Shown here piece after piece: positions 25,321 to 38,804 of a DNA stretch of 64,000 nt. The notes below the pieces were generated by a model. It was not told where the DNA came from, made no database searches, and saw nothing but the letters and a program-made list of their open reading frames with translations. Origin of the DNA: Octopus vulgaris. Taxonomy: Eukaryota. The stretch is from NCBI GenBank assembly GCA_951406725.2, contig OX597822.1, positions 116,126,001 to 116,190,000 of the forward strand, read 5' to 3'. Each line of letters starts with the position of its first letter. Positions within the stretch are counted from its first letter, which is position 1. The translations under genes and the position numbers were made by a program.

Positions 25321-27290
25321 ATGCCACCAGGGAAAAGGCAAAAAATTTACTCTCAAAGTCACTCCTTTAAAGAACATAGGAGAATGGAATATTTTGTAAT
25401 GGTAAAAAAACAACAGTAATCTACAGCAAGGCTGTGTTAAAGGAATATAAAATATGGAGGCATTAGCAAATGAAGCAGTCATCTCATTATTTCCATCTAA
25501 TAGGAAAGTTACGTTATAAGAAATACGAAAGCTTGGAACAGTTGTTTTTCCCTCGGATAAAATGCTAATACTGAAGCTACATCTAAAACTAATTTGAGAG
25601 TAGCTTATTCGTTAGTGAAAAAAAAAAATAAACCATTTACTGACGATGAATTAATTAAATTTTGGTCGATAGCAACAGCTGAAAAAGCTTCCATAGGAAA
25701 AATAGATGAATTCAAGAATATTAGTCTTTCTGCAAAAAAAACAATAGCATTGTGAATCAAATACACAGAAAACAACATCCTGTACCAATTAAACAATGAA
25801 GTAGAAGGTTTCCAGAGGCTTCCCCAAGCTCTTGACAAATCAGCAGTTATGTTGGACAATATGGTGTTGCTGGTCATTTGAGAAATTAATGCCAGCATTG
25901 ATGTAATGGAACTAGCTTTGGTAGGCAGCTGCTTACAAGCACAAATGATGAAGAGATTTTCAAAGACATGCAGAAGATATTGATAACGTACAGTCTGATT
26001 TGGATTTGTCTAAAGTGTATTAAAAATGATAGTGGGGGTAAAATTTATGATATGTATGAAAATATCTTGTTGGACAAGTCTATAAAATTTGTGACAGTAC
26101 AGTGTGTCAAAATCTGTGGTATTTCACAATATTACTTATCAGCAGGAAATTTGTGAAAAACCATTTCCATTTGTCATGTAGGATAGACCAAGTTGTATCA
26201 ACAGTGAATTTTATTAGCTTTCATGCATTTAATTATCATTGTTTTGAACAACTTTAGAAGAAACGGAAGCTGAATATAGCAACTTGTGCCATGTTACTGT
26301 AAGATGGCTGAGTAGCAGTGGAGTTATCTCACAAGTTTTTGAACTTTAGATGATGACTGACAATTTTTTAAATGAGAAAAAAAAAAAAAACCCACACCCA
26401 AACTGCTTCTTGCAACAGTGAATAGCTATTGAAAGTAGTTTTCCTGGTTAACTTAATGATACATCCTAGATCTTAGTCCAATCTTAGATTATAATGGGAT
26501 TCTAATTTTATACGTGACATATTACTCTGCAGTGAATACTTTCCAACATAAATTAACATTTTTTTTACTCTCCAATAAAGATAAATGACTTCAACTAATT
26601 TCCCTGTTGTGAAAAATACAGCCAGGAAGCAAATTCTTCATTTCGTTTTGAATTTGCTCAATCTGAAGCTAGTTTCAACAGAGTTTTTCAAGAATCAAAG
26701 AAAATGTGAAAAACATAAAATGTCCTTCAATAATCATTTGTGTACATTATTGAGGAACTTCCATTGGATCTTCAACTGAAAGTTATTGACTTGCAGCCAA
26801 ATGGTGTGTTAAAAGATAAGTATGCAAAAGAACCTTGCTAGGCTTTATAAATGCCTCCTACATGAAGGAAACATTCCTTTAAAATCCTTTGCTCATGGAT
26901 GAGTTTCAGCATCTGGCACAACCTATTTATATGAAAGAGAAAGAAAACCCCACACTTTTTAAAGATGATGTGCAGCATTTAAACCAGCAGTATGAGGCCC
27001 AAATATTCCACCTGTCTTAAGTGTAAATTGGCCACATCTGGCCTTTTTATACCCCTCCTACAATGTCGTTTTAAAAATAAACAATCACATTGATGAAATC
27101 TCAAAGCTATGAGATAATGCATGATCAACACAAAACAATGTGAATAAACAAATGTTATACTTGACCGAGTAATCTGAATGCTAAAAAGTGAAACAAATTT
27201 ACAGGTAAGTGATACCTGATCATAACTTGCACTCAGTTTTGTTTACAGGAATCCCACAACCTGAACTATCATTTGACAATATTTTGTTCC
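25321..27290 (+). pseudogene. hAT (SPIN/Charlie/GTF2IRD2-like) transposase remnant
   Basis: Colinear motifs MPPGKRQKI..SF...EYF, KPFTDDELIK, FKNISLS, ALDKS, VRWLS, LPLDLQLKVIDLQ, SGTTYLYE. Many stops and frameshifts; interrupted by a MITE near 26972-27190. Confidence 0.8.
26972..27190. mobile_element. Second copy of the same MITE, inserted in the hAT remnant
   Basis: Shares CAAATATTCCACC, GAAATCT..AAGCTATGAGAT and AATCT.AATGCTAAA with 6506-6736. Confidence 0.6.
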
Positions 27291-27599
27291 CCTGACACAC
27301 ACTAAAATAAAAAGAAAGAAATCGTAGAGGATTTGGGAGGGGAGGGTCCTAGTGGGGGGAAGAGGTTTACATAGAAGTTTATGAAGGTATATATTCTTAT
27401 GATGGAAAACAATAATGTATTAGAGCATACCACATAAAATGTTTTTTTTTTTTTAATATGAACCATTTTTAAGATGTGATTATAAATGTTCGGAAAAGTA
27501 GTGAGTTAGATATATTTTGTGTCAGCAAGCTTTGAAATTCATTTGGCTTCAATTTCTAGCTAGATGGTGTTAGTCTTGCAAACATTCATTTCATGTCCC

Positions 27600-28640
27600 T
27601 TGGTAATATGGTGAGCATTGAATGAACACAACTTGGTCTTTTATAACAGTTCAAATTAAGACACAATGCAACTTGAAGCTTCAAACAAAAAAATCCATTA
27701 ATTTAGCATTTGGAGACAATTACGTTAACCTCCAAATAGTAATGGTAGTTTCAGAAATTTCACTCGAGAGACAAGAACCTTCAAATAGAACCATAGGTAA
27801 GGTTGAGTTCTGTCATAACAAAAAAAAAAAAGGAAAAAAAAGAAAAAATTAAGAAAACTAATGAAAAGAAGCTCTCCAACAATAATTTGACAATTTGTAG
27901 AAGACTTGGCATTACTGTTTCCCCATGGTCCCCCCCCCCCAAAAAGTGAAAACCTGTATAAATGGATTCTAGATGAATTGACTAAACATCAGAAATAGCA
28001 GTGTTTAGTGCTACTAATCCATAGTAAAAAATCAAATATTTTTCTGTCTGTATCATTACTTCTGATACGAAATGGATATTTTTTTAACAATTAAAAAAAA
28101 TAAATGATCTGGCAGTAGATAAATACAGATGAAACTCTAAAACATTTTCTAAAGCAGCCACTGCTCTGCTGAAACGAAATAAAAATGGTTATGGTGACTG
28201 GATGGTGGTTTGTAAAAGATATAAGTCAGACTTATGTTTTTTTGTATCAAGGAAAATCAATGACAGCAAACTCATACTATCAAAGGAATTGATCGTTTGC
28301 ATTGAAATCAAAACAACCAAGATTGATTAACAGAGAAACAGACCAATTCTGCTGCTGCCAATGATACTTCACCATACACTTCTGAAACAACACTTTGAAA
28401 ATTAACAGACCTTGAGTATGGAATTTACCTATTTGACATCCCAATACTTGAAATTGTCCACATGTAGGAAAAAAAATTTCACAAATCAAGAAGAGATCAT
28501 TGAAGTCTTTGAGAAATTTATAGTCTCAAAGGAAAAAGAGTTTGGGGCTTGTTTTTCTTTTTCAATAAGTATATCTAATTCGACAACATGTTGGCAAAAG
28601 ACAATTGAACATCATGGAGCATAATCCCATTTATAATGAG
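27600..28640 (+). pseudogene. Old, highly decayed mariner transposase
   Basis: Remnants INLAFGDNYVN, QKFHSRD, ITSDTKWIF, KMVMVTGWW, QPRLINR, WQKTIEHHG in mariner order. TIRs not recognisable. Confidence 0.7.
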
Positions 28641-30839
28641 TTTATATTTGCTTTTTAAAATGTTTCATGATGTACATGAAAATGTAACAACTCATGTGGT
28701 ACATGAAAATGAAATAGATCATGTAGTACATGCTGCTAATTAAAATGAAGCTTTCTCTATAGCCTTGTGTGACTTTTGACTTGATTTTTACATTCACCTT
28801 TGTTCAGCAAGACACAAAAGTTTGCTGACTTCTGATCAAGGCTCTGCACTCCATCGCAATCTCCTTTCATAACTCTATGCTAGCATTTTGTAGATGCACA
28901 AGCACCACACACACAGAGCAATACACATACGTACACAGCCCTGATAATGCTCTGCATACACTGACTTGACAACAAACAATCATAAATTACAAATTCTCCT
29001 GTAACTCAAAATAATTTGATAATTTCAAATGACTTAATTGTAATATTTCATTGGTTAGAAACTGCTGCTTGATGGGCCAAAGCCTGCATTGGACCAATCA
29101 GAAGTATTTGATTCAAGATGTATGCTTGAGCTCTTTCTGTTTTATAAAACCTAGCTCTTTGATAGGTAATTCCAATGAGCCACAGATTGCACCATTCAGA
29201 AGAGAACAAGACAGTAGGAACTTCTGAAGACCGCTGCTCGACAGAACTGCTACAATCAAATTTTATACTTCAGTAACTTTGGCTTCACTCTAATAACAAC
29301 TGATGTTCGTTGCATCAGAGAAACCCACAAATCTTGAGGTAGACTTTCCTTCTGGACATTCTCAATAATAGAACTTACCTTAGCAGTCTTTGAAAATGTA
29401 AATCTGTTGTATCTTCTTGATATACGTGCTACCAGTTGGGCAGTCTAAGGAAACACATTTCCCAGTAATTAGCATAAATTAATAAATGAATGTTTAAAGA
29501 GAATCTTTGTTTGTCTCTTTCGGTTTTTCTTCATCCAACACATACAACAACATACTCTGCAACTATATCCACATCCACATCAATATCATAATTTATATTT
29601 TCAAAAATTTTATCAACCAAGACAGACAGCTATTTTGGAATAGTTAAGAGAAATTTAATAAAGAACTATTCTAAACAGATATCTTTCAAAATTTACTAGT
29701 TGTCTTGTAAATTCCAATGATGCAAAAATGTCAAGAACTTTCACAAGAAGAAAATAGCAAATCATTTTCTTTTTTTTCTTTCTTTGTTCTACTCATCATG
29801 ATAAAATATTGCTTGTTTCATATTCATATTGGAAACCAGATCTCACATTATGAACTCCTATTGTTTATACAATTGTCTATAATCTTTGGCAATATGATAA
29901 ATTAGCTTTAATTCTTAGTAAATTTTCCTTTCTGATTATTACAAAACGGAACAGAAAAAGCAATCCTAAGAGATTATAGTTATACTCAAATTCTTGTCAG
30001 CAAATATTGAAACAAAATCCATCTCTGTAATTGTAGTTGTTGCAATAAGGTATAAAGCTCAAGTGGTTTTCTTGCGTCTGATGTCATATTTGCTGTGTTT
30101 GTATTGTTTAGTCATGAACTCATCAGCATCTGCTCAATGCATTTGAACCAAAATTATTCAATACGCATTTAGGAAAGGCATTAATAGGGACTTGTTTCCT
30201 ATTAGTAAAAGCAATAGTCACACAAAAGGTTCAGTATAATCTAGAAAACTGGAAAGAAAGCAGAACTACAGACATGATGGATGTATAAAGAAGGGTTAAC
30301 AATAACAGCATCTTTGCAGTGAAATACGTGAACTGCTCAGATAACTTTGAGTCGGAGAGTAGATGTGATTGCAGTACATGGAGTCAGGAATAGGGGAAAG
30401 AAATTCAAGTTTTCACTTCTGTTAGAAACAAAGGGCTTCTAAGAAAGATAGTCTGTTTGAAGTATATATAGGAAATATCATTCTGCATAACAGAGAGATG
30501 TAGACACTGAACATGGAGCCTGATAAAGGCTCCAGAGACATAAGCTGGGTGGGATCCATTGGCTTTTCTTAAGTAAGACCTTTACAGGAGTATTGTTCAC
30601 TAACAAGTATCTTAGACCACATCCCAAAAAGTCGTTCACCGAAATCACAATGATTCAATCACTATCCTGCTTTTAACCATGAGTAGACAGACACGCAGTT
30701 TCCTATCTCCCTCGTTTTATTGCTAGCATGAAGACCTAAGAATTCTGCTCTTAAACTAACAACTAGCTGCATGTGCTTTCCACCCAGGTCCATCTGCCAT
30801 CTCTCTCTCGCTCTCTTTCCCTCTGTCTCTCACTCTCTC

Positions 30840-30886
<47 letters not shown>

Positions 30887-32956
30887 CTCTACTATGTTTC
30901 GCCTCCCAAACCCAGCACAAAACATTTCCTCCTGTCAGTGTTATTCCTGAAGCTATTGACCTACAGATGTTCAAACTGGATATCAACCACATCCATCACT
31001 CTAGTCTGGGAGGGTCTGTAAAGGACACGGCTAAATTTCTGCTGAGTAACTTATTTAACAAAGCAAAAAACGAAAGAATGAAAAGAAAAAGTCATGAATG
31101 AAAGCAACAGTTTAAGAATATATCAAAAGCTTCAGCTCATGTGTGGATTTGTGTCTATATGGACATGAGATGTGAAAACACATGGCAGAGGGAGACCATA
31201 AGAACTAGTGAAGTCAGGTTTCAGAATGGTTGGTCTCAGAGATGGTATTGCAAAGGATTAAAACATAAGAAAAAGGTTCTGGACAGAAGACCCCCACCCC
31301 CACCCCCTGCTGGTATAGAAAACAGGTATGACAATAGCTGAGATGAGAATGATGCTTACTGATGTTACGACACACGTGCTAGCATGCATCAAACCTCAAC
31401 TACATTATGGTAATCGGTATCTTTGTATTGGGATTGTTGGTATCCAGTTATGCACTGCGTAATAAAATACATCTTTTAATTTGAAAACATCTACAGATTT
31501 TATGTATCAACCCGACTTAGAATTTTAATAAATTCCTAATTTTTGGCCAACTTTAATTATTATAAAGCATTTTTTTTTTACAGTAGGTTATCATATGAGA
31601 CCAGTTGGCTCAGCTGGCAAAAATAAGTAATCCTACGATAGGTCAGCATCCCATCCAGTGGGAAATATATATACCACAGGAAACCAGCTCTATGAGTCTA
31701 TAGGACTTGACAAGGATATCCAACCTTATATTATCCTTTATCACGTGAGAACAATTTCGGATAATCATAAATATTTACTATTTAATTAATTGCATTACGA
31801 TGAATGCAAATATTAAGTGTACAAACCGGACAGACTATTTTGATTATGTTCTAGTGTTTGATTAGTAAAAATAGCTGCTGAGCTCTAATTCTCTCTGTGG
31901 ACAGGAAATGGAAGCATATGCTTTCTGATAAACAACTAATTGTGAAACAGTTGTAAAGGCATTTGCATTTTTTTTTTTTTTTTGCAAAGAGAAAAAGCTA
32001 AGTGTATTTACATTCATTCATATTTTCATAGTGAAGCTTTTTACAACAACTCTAGCTATAGTTTTATTTATGCTTATGTAATTGTTCAGGAACTTACCAC
32101 AACAGCAAAGTATGTAAAGAAATGTTTAACATGACAAAAAAAAAATCTTCTTACATAGAATAACAGCATCTAAAGAACATGGACACAAACAGTCTATGCA
32201 GAGGGATAAAACTACATGCTGACAGAAGTTCTTACAATATCAGATATTTTCATTCAGATTGAGGAAACTTATGGAAGCAAAATATTGAATGAAATGAATG
32301 TAAGAAAACCAAAGAATGAGAAAATAAATACACAGAAATCTCAAATATATTTCCTAAATTTGGTAAATAACCAGCTAAATAAAGAGAAAGATAGATATAA
32401 AATTTCAAATAATGAACTATCCTTTTTACTTGTTATAATTTAAGCAATTCTCTGCAATAGAATCTAAATTTTTAATAGCAAATATAGCACAATAAGAGTT
32501 AGACAAACATTAGATAAAACAGACTTAATCAAAATTCTTAGCCAGTTATAAGCAATGAATATGTCTCGGAATGCTCTGAAGAATTAGCTGCAAGATATAC
32601 ATCATGATAATTCTGAAATGTAATGACATTTTAATGACAGAAAAATAAATAGTTCCATCAAATCATATCTAAAAATAAATTAGAAGTTTCTGAGACATTC
32701 TGGAAAACAAAACAATCCCTTTGGCAGCCTAATTGGATCAATTTAAAAGATTTCATCTAAGAAAGTGCTATATATTGTTAAAACAACTTTTATCAGCTGC
32801 GATCTTATTATCTTCAGAGGAAACTTTTTACCCACTGGCACAATAGCACTGTTTTAATCAGTTCTATTTCTCACAATTTTAACTCATTATCTTCAAATAA
32901 AAATTTCTTAAAATCTATGAATGAATAGGGTTAATTTCCTTTGAATATAACTTTAA

Positions 32957-33032
<76 letters not shown>

Positions 33033-34269
33033 ATTTATATGGCTTAAAAATATATTTGCCAATTTCCTTCAACAAGAACACATTCTACAAAAATTAATAA
33101 CAACAATAGGTTGAAATGAAACTGTAGCATATAAAAGGATGTAATGTGACACTGAAATCATGCAGAAACTGCATTGAATCTCCACTTAGACACATATGGT
33201 TTCTTAGCAAAAAATAACAGGATAGTTTATTTAAAAGAAATTAGGTTACTTAGTAGAAATTATCATATTTCAACAATTTTACAGACTTTCAATTTTAAAG
33301 AGAATTAAAAATAATTGTTTATTTAAGTTTGTCCACATTGTAAAATGGTGCACTGAGGAATTGATGCAAGATTTCTTGAGTCAATTCTACGACCATTATT
33401 GCAAATTTATATTATTAGTAAATATGGATTTGTGTTTTCTTTCTCTCTTTCTCAAATTCAATTTTATTTCAATGACCTCTTCAATATTTTCATTACATAT
33501 ACTCTTGCTTAGAAATTTACAGTAATATTCTTACTGCTATTTACTTGAAATGATTTTGGAATTTTGCTCTGCTCAACCAGGTTTCTATGTCTTTTTGCTA
33601 CTTTTAGCTAGTTGCAATACATAAAACTTTAGTACAATTGAATTAGTGATTCATTCACCACTACTTTGCCAAGTTTGGTGAAGACTGTGTTATTTCAAAG
33701 ACAAAGTTAGAACAAAATTTAAACATGCCTGGAGTTGTCTACTCCAGATAAATGAAAATATCAGTTAGAGACTAATATAATTTTTCCCCCTCATTGCATA
33801 TCTATTTGGAGTTGGCTTTCAAAGCTTAATATATTAAATATGTTAACACTAACTTATATATTGTTTTTCATATGAATGTTATCTATGAATTATTGAATTT
33901 CTAGACAATCATGAGACAGTTTGATTAGTCTACAGTTTAACTCCTAGTTTTCCAGAAAGAGAAACCAAGCAATTTTTCCAAAAATGAAAAGCTACAACTA
34001 TTAAGAAAAGTTCCACAACAGCTTAAGCCCTCCTACTCTGAGTTTAAAAAAAACATAAATTTGGCTAATTCATCTTCTTGGATTTCTAAAACTTCCACTG
34101 AACCATTATTCTAAAGAATTAGAAGAGACTTATAGTGTAGGTTTAAAGCAATACCTACCAAATCTACCATTTCCCTTTTTTATTATTGACAATAGAGGAC
34201 ATCAAACACAACCAACCATCGTACTCAACAAAATAAACATACTACATACACAGAAGACAAAGCTTTGAG

Positions 34270-34560
34270 CAAACCAAAAGCCTTATGAGTGGATGTAGTA
34301 GATGGAAACTGAAAGAAGCCCATTGTGTGTGTGTGTGTGTGTGTCTTTGTGTCTGTGCTTGTCCTTCCATCACAAATTGATGTCCAGTGCTGGTGTGTTC
34401 ACATTCCCGTAACTTAGTAGTTCAGCAAAAGTGAGCAATAGAATAAGTGCCAGGTTTTTAAAAACTAAGTACTGGGGTCGGTACAGTTGACTTAAAACTT
34501 TTTCAAGGGGTTGCCCCAGCATGGCCACAGATTGAAACAAGTAAAGGACAAAAGACAAAA
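34270..34560 (+). mobile_element. SINE family A, 5'-truncated
   Basis: Body and tail match. Confidence 0.85.
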
Positions 34561-34569
34561 GATATTAGG

Positions 34570-35570
34570 GTGATCAGAGGCATCACATTTTACCAACAGA
34601 AAGAAACAATAATTGGTTGCAAACAACACTTCACAAACACTCACGGAGCATTCCAGTGCTGCCTGGACCGGCTCAAATTTCCCTACAACAAATAACAAGG
34701 TACTTCAAAGTACACAAAACAGTGCATTATCTATCAAAATAGATATATTACACTGTCCCCTCCACACACCAACTACACAGGGAAACCAAACTGCTCAAAT
34801 TGAAAGACCACCGGCACATGCAAGAGGCAAAGTCTGTTGCTGCAGCAAACTTTAACCCCCCCACACACACACAATCCCTGCCACCACTACATGAGACACC
34901 ACCTCCAAACATCCAGTCAGGCAGGTGTGGCCATGTGGTAAGTAGCTTGCTTCCCAACCACATGATTCCAGGTTCAGTCCCACTGCATGGCACCTTGGGC
35001 AAGTGTCTTCTACAATAGCCTCGGTCTGACCAAGCCTTAGTAGATGGAAACTGAAAGAAGCCCGTCATATGTATATGTATGTATGTATCTATGTGTGTGT
35101 GTGTGTCTTCATGTCTATGCTTGTCCCCACCATCACTGCTTGACAACTGGTGTTTGTGTGTTTATGTCCCCATAACTGAGCAGTTCTGCAAAAAGAGACT
35201 GGACAGAATAAGTACTGAGCTTTAAAAATCAAGTCCTGGGGTTGATTTAATCAACTAAAATCCTTCAGTGCAGTGCTCCAGCATGGCCGCAGTCAAATGA
35301 CTGAAACAAGTAAAAGGAAGAATGCACAACACATCAAATATCCTCCTACATTCCTCCCGCCCAGCCCCATAGAACAGAAAACGCACACACATAGAAATAG
35401 CGGTAGCATCAAATGCCTCACTACACTCAAATGCTGTCCAGGGGTGCACACCATTAACCATAGGTACAAAGGAACAGCAACTGTCACACTCTGACCAAGT
35501 CTACCTTGCATACCTCACCTACCGCAAAGATTTGTGATTGTACAAGTTACAGTTGTCAAGTGGTACCTAC
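34570..35570 (+). mobile_element. Decayed LINE ORF2 3' region (I/Jockey-like), interrupted by a SINE at 34918-35318
   Basis: Remnants SSAAW...LQSTQNSAL...LHRETKLLKLKDH. The sequence resumes after the SINE. Confidence 0.45.
34918..35318 (+). mobile_element. SINE family A
   Basis: Full-length, with A-box and B-box motifs. Confidence 0.9.
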
Positions 35571-35799
35571 GCGAGTGGAAGAGACCAGTTAAGGAGACCT
35601 CCAATCAGGTGGGAAGAGGATTTGTTAAGTAAAATGTTTGGAGCAATGTGGAGGAGAATGGCAAGCGTATGAGGGGAATACTGTGGCCAGCAGAGCCGAC
35701 TCAGCACCAGAAAGCCTGGCTGATCCAGGTGATTCAGGTGAGAAGTATAGACTGGAGGGAGGGTGAATGTAGTGTATCACTACATAAAAATCATTACTA

Positions 35800-37068
35800 T
35801 CAGGTCATCCCATAAGTTGTGTCCGATTTTACCTTTTTTAAAACTGAATGAAATTTAATAGCATTTTAGAATGTTTAATGGAATTAAAAATTATTTTTGT
35901 GCATTTGTGTACATTTAAACTAATTAAATATTATTTTACAGAATAATAGAATTAAAATTTCTTTGATTAAAATTCTTTCTAACATGGAAATATCCAAAGA
36001 GCATTTAAGGCAAAAAATTCTTTATGAGTACAAAAAAGGAAACTCTGCCAAAGAGACTCGAAACATACACTCAGTTTATGGGAAAGAATGCTTGAATGAA
36101 AGAACTTGTAGAAGATCGTTTGCAAAATTCAGAAGTGGAGATTTCAGCCTTGAAGATGAAGATCGAACAGGACATCTAGTTGAGTTTGATGATAAGCTCC
36201 TTGAGGCATTACTTGAAGAAAATCCTGCATTATCAGTTGAAGAATTGGCAATAAAGCTTAGTTCAAATCATACAACTGTTCATCGTCATCTTCAACAACT
36301 TGGAAAGGTTCCTAAACTTGGAAAATGGGTGCCTCATGAATTGTCCGAAAGCAACTGCAAATCCCGAGTTGACATCTGCTCTTCTCCCCATTCTCGTGAA
36401 CTCATTTCACCTTTTTTGGATAGACTTGTGACTGGTGACAAAAAATGGATCTTCTATTGAAATGTTAAATGTCGTAAACAGTGGCTTGGTAAAAGGGAAA
36501 AAGCTCAACCCCAACCGAGAAGGGAACTTCATGGAAAAAAGGTTCTTCTCTCTATCTGGTGGGATTGCAAAAGAGTAATTCACTTTGAATTGTTATCACC
36601 TAATGCAACAATCAATGCTCAAGTCTACTGTCAGCAATTAGAGTGTTTGAACCAAGCTTTGAAGAAAAAAAGACCCGCTTTAGTGAATCGAAAAGGAATG
36701 AAGTTTCATCAGGACAATGTGCGACCACACACTGCAAAGATCACATGATGGTTGGGAAAAAATTCCTCATCCACCTTAATCTCCCGACCTTGCTCCTTCA
36801 GACTACCATTTGTTTCGTAGTATACAGAATCATTTGGAGGACATAACTTTCGCAAGCCAGGAGGAGGTCGAAACTGACATTTCAGAGTTCTTTGCTTTGA
36901 AACCAAAACAGTTTTACATCGATGGGATTAAAAAGCTTGTAAAATAGATGGAAGGAAGTCATAGATAATCAGGGAAAGTACATTGATGATTAAATTTCAA
37001 TTAGATATAACTTTTGATCACATCTTTTCTTCGTTCACAATTCGGACAGAACTTATGGGATGACCTGA
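35800..37068 (+). mobile_element. Full-length Tc1/mariner (mariner-type) DNA transposon, defective
   Basis: Left TIR TCAGGTCATCCCATAAGTTGTGTCCGATTT (35800) and right TIR AATTCGGACAGAACTTATGGGATGACCTGA (ends 37068) are near-perfect reverse complements. TA flanks both ends (35798-35799, 37069-37070). Length about 1.27 kb, typical of mariner. Confidence 0.96.
35984..36993 (+). pseudogene. Mariner transposase pseudogene
   Basis: Motifs FRSGDFSLEDEDRTG, WVPHEL, VTGDKKWIFY, KKVLLSIWWD, HQDNVRPH, SPDLAPSDYHLF and C-terminal YIDD*. In-frame stop at 36458-36460 and an apparent deletion/frameshift after RPHTAKIT. Confidence 0.93.
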
Positions 37069-38804
37069 TACATGTTAGAAACACTTGCACACACAGGCAC
37101 ACACACATACACAGACAAACACACACATGGGTGGTCTTCTTTATAGTTCCATCACACAAATTTCACTCACAAGGCACTGGTTAGTCTGATGCTGCAATAG
37201 GTGACACTTACCCAAGGTGCCATGCCAGTGGGAATGGGTCCCAAAGCTATGTGGTGGCAATGTAAACTTTGTAACCACACAACCATGTCTGTACATATGA
37301 TATATCATACATAGCATTGCTTAGCCTTCCAAGATATTTTTCTAACACCTTTTTCAACATGAATAGTTTCTGAAAGATGCATTACATCTATAAATATCTG
37401 CTCGATAGGAACTGTTTACTGAATGATGTTTGATCAAATTGTGTTTCTATAAAGTCACATCATGTCACAGCTAGATAACTGCTAACAGAATGAGACCTTA
37501 TGTTGCAAAATACTTTTCTCTTCATAGACAACATGTGGAGAAAGAAAGAAAAAATCCCCAAAAGTGTTGATGTGACAAAAACGAAAGATTCAAGCTGAAA
37601 ACTTATTCTACTAGTTTGGGAGCTGAAACGTCTGTAGGTCACAAGGAAATGTATTTTAACTAAAGGAATCAACTCCCAACAACTTAGGCACTGAAAGAAT
37701 GGGAAAAAAACAAACTAAAAATCCCTACCATTCTTTGTTTTAATATTTAAAAAAAAGAGTCTTAACTACATTGAAGGTAAACTCTGTAGGATGTGAAAGT
37801 GATTAATTACAGGTGTGATATTAGGGAGGACAATAAACTTGAAACTGATCTGGGTTTATAAGGATTTTTCAGGTGAAGCATAACATGTTATGGTTTTCCA
37901 TATCTTCAATAGTAATACCATCCTTTTTTGTTGAAGTCAGACTCTTCTCTCAGCCCATCACTCACAAATGACTTTGTAGTTGAAAAGACTGCTTTTTCAT
38001 ACAATATGCTTCCTTTGTTCATGTGTTAGGTACCTTTACAGTCACAAGTAGACACAGAGACCCTGTCAAACTTCAAATGCTTGACAAGTCAAAGCATCAA
38101 AGATGTAAAAGCTGGTGAGAGAGAGAGAGGACTGCATCTATCTAAACTGACAGGTAAATGCAATCCTTATATGAAGGTGACCTAATTTATTCACCTTGTA
38201 ACAACACCAATTCCAAAATCCTCTTCACTGAGTTACTGCACCCAAGTTGAATACTTCCACTGCTGGTGTGTGACTGCTTATTAAACACCAAGCTGGATTA
38301 TTTGCATCTACCTTCCCTATCTATCTCAAGGCCTTACTACAATCCATCATTACTCGTGGATGGACCCTGTAGCAATACAATTCTACAAAAGGCTATCAGA
38401 ATGACGTCGATATTTCAAAAACAAAATTATAGAACACACTCGGTAGCAAAACCACAATTGTAACAAACCATTTACTGCAGCTTTATTGAGTTGGGGATCT
38501 GAAAACGAGAGTGTGTATTATGCCCAGTATACAATAAGAAAGTTCAATAAACATTGTCGTTCTCCTCTAAATTGAAATCAATAACTGTTTGTCCCAGGCT
38601 TTGTAGGTTTTGAATGTAGAATAACTTGGTTACTATTATGTTTAGCTGTCTATTTAGGTTTGCCTTGAGATACTAGATCCATAACTCTACAGCTTTTTCA
38701 AACAATATGAATGTGAATTAAATTAAAAGGTGTGAAAAACTTCATTTTGCGTAACTAAAAAAGTAAATTAGTCCTACAAGTTTATACCTAGAAAATTAGA
38801 ATAA

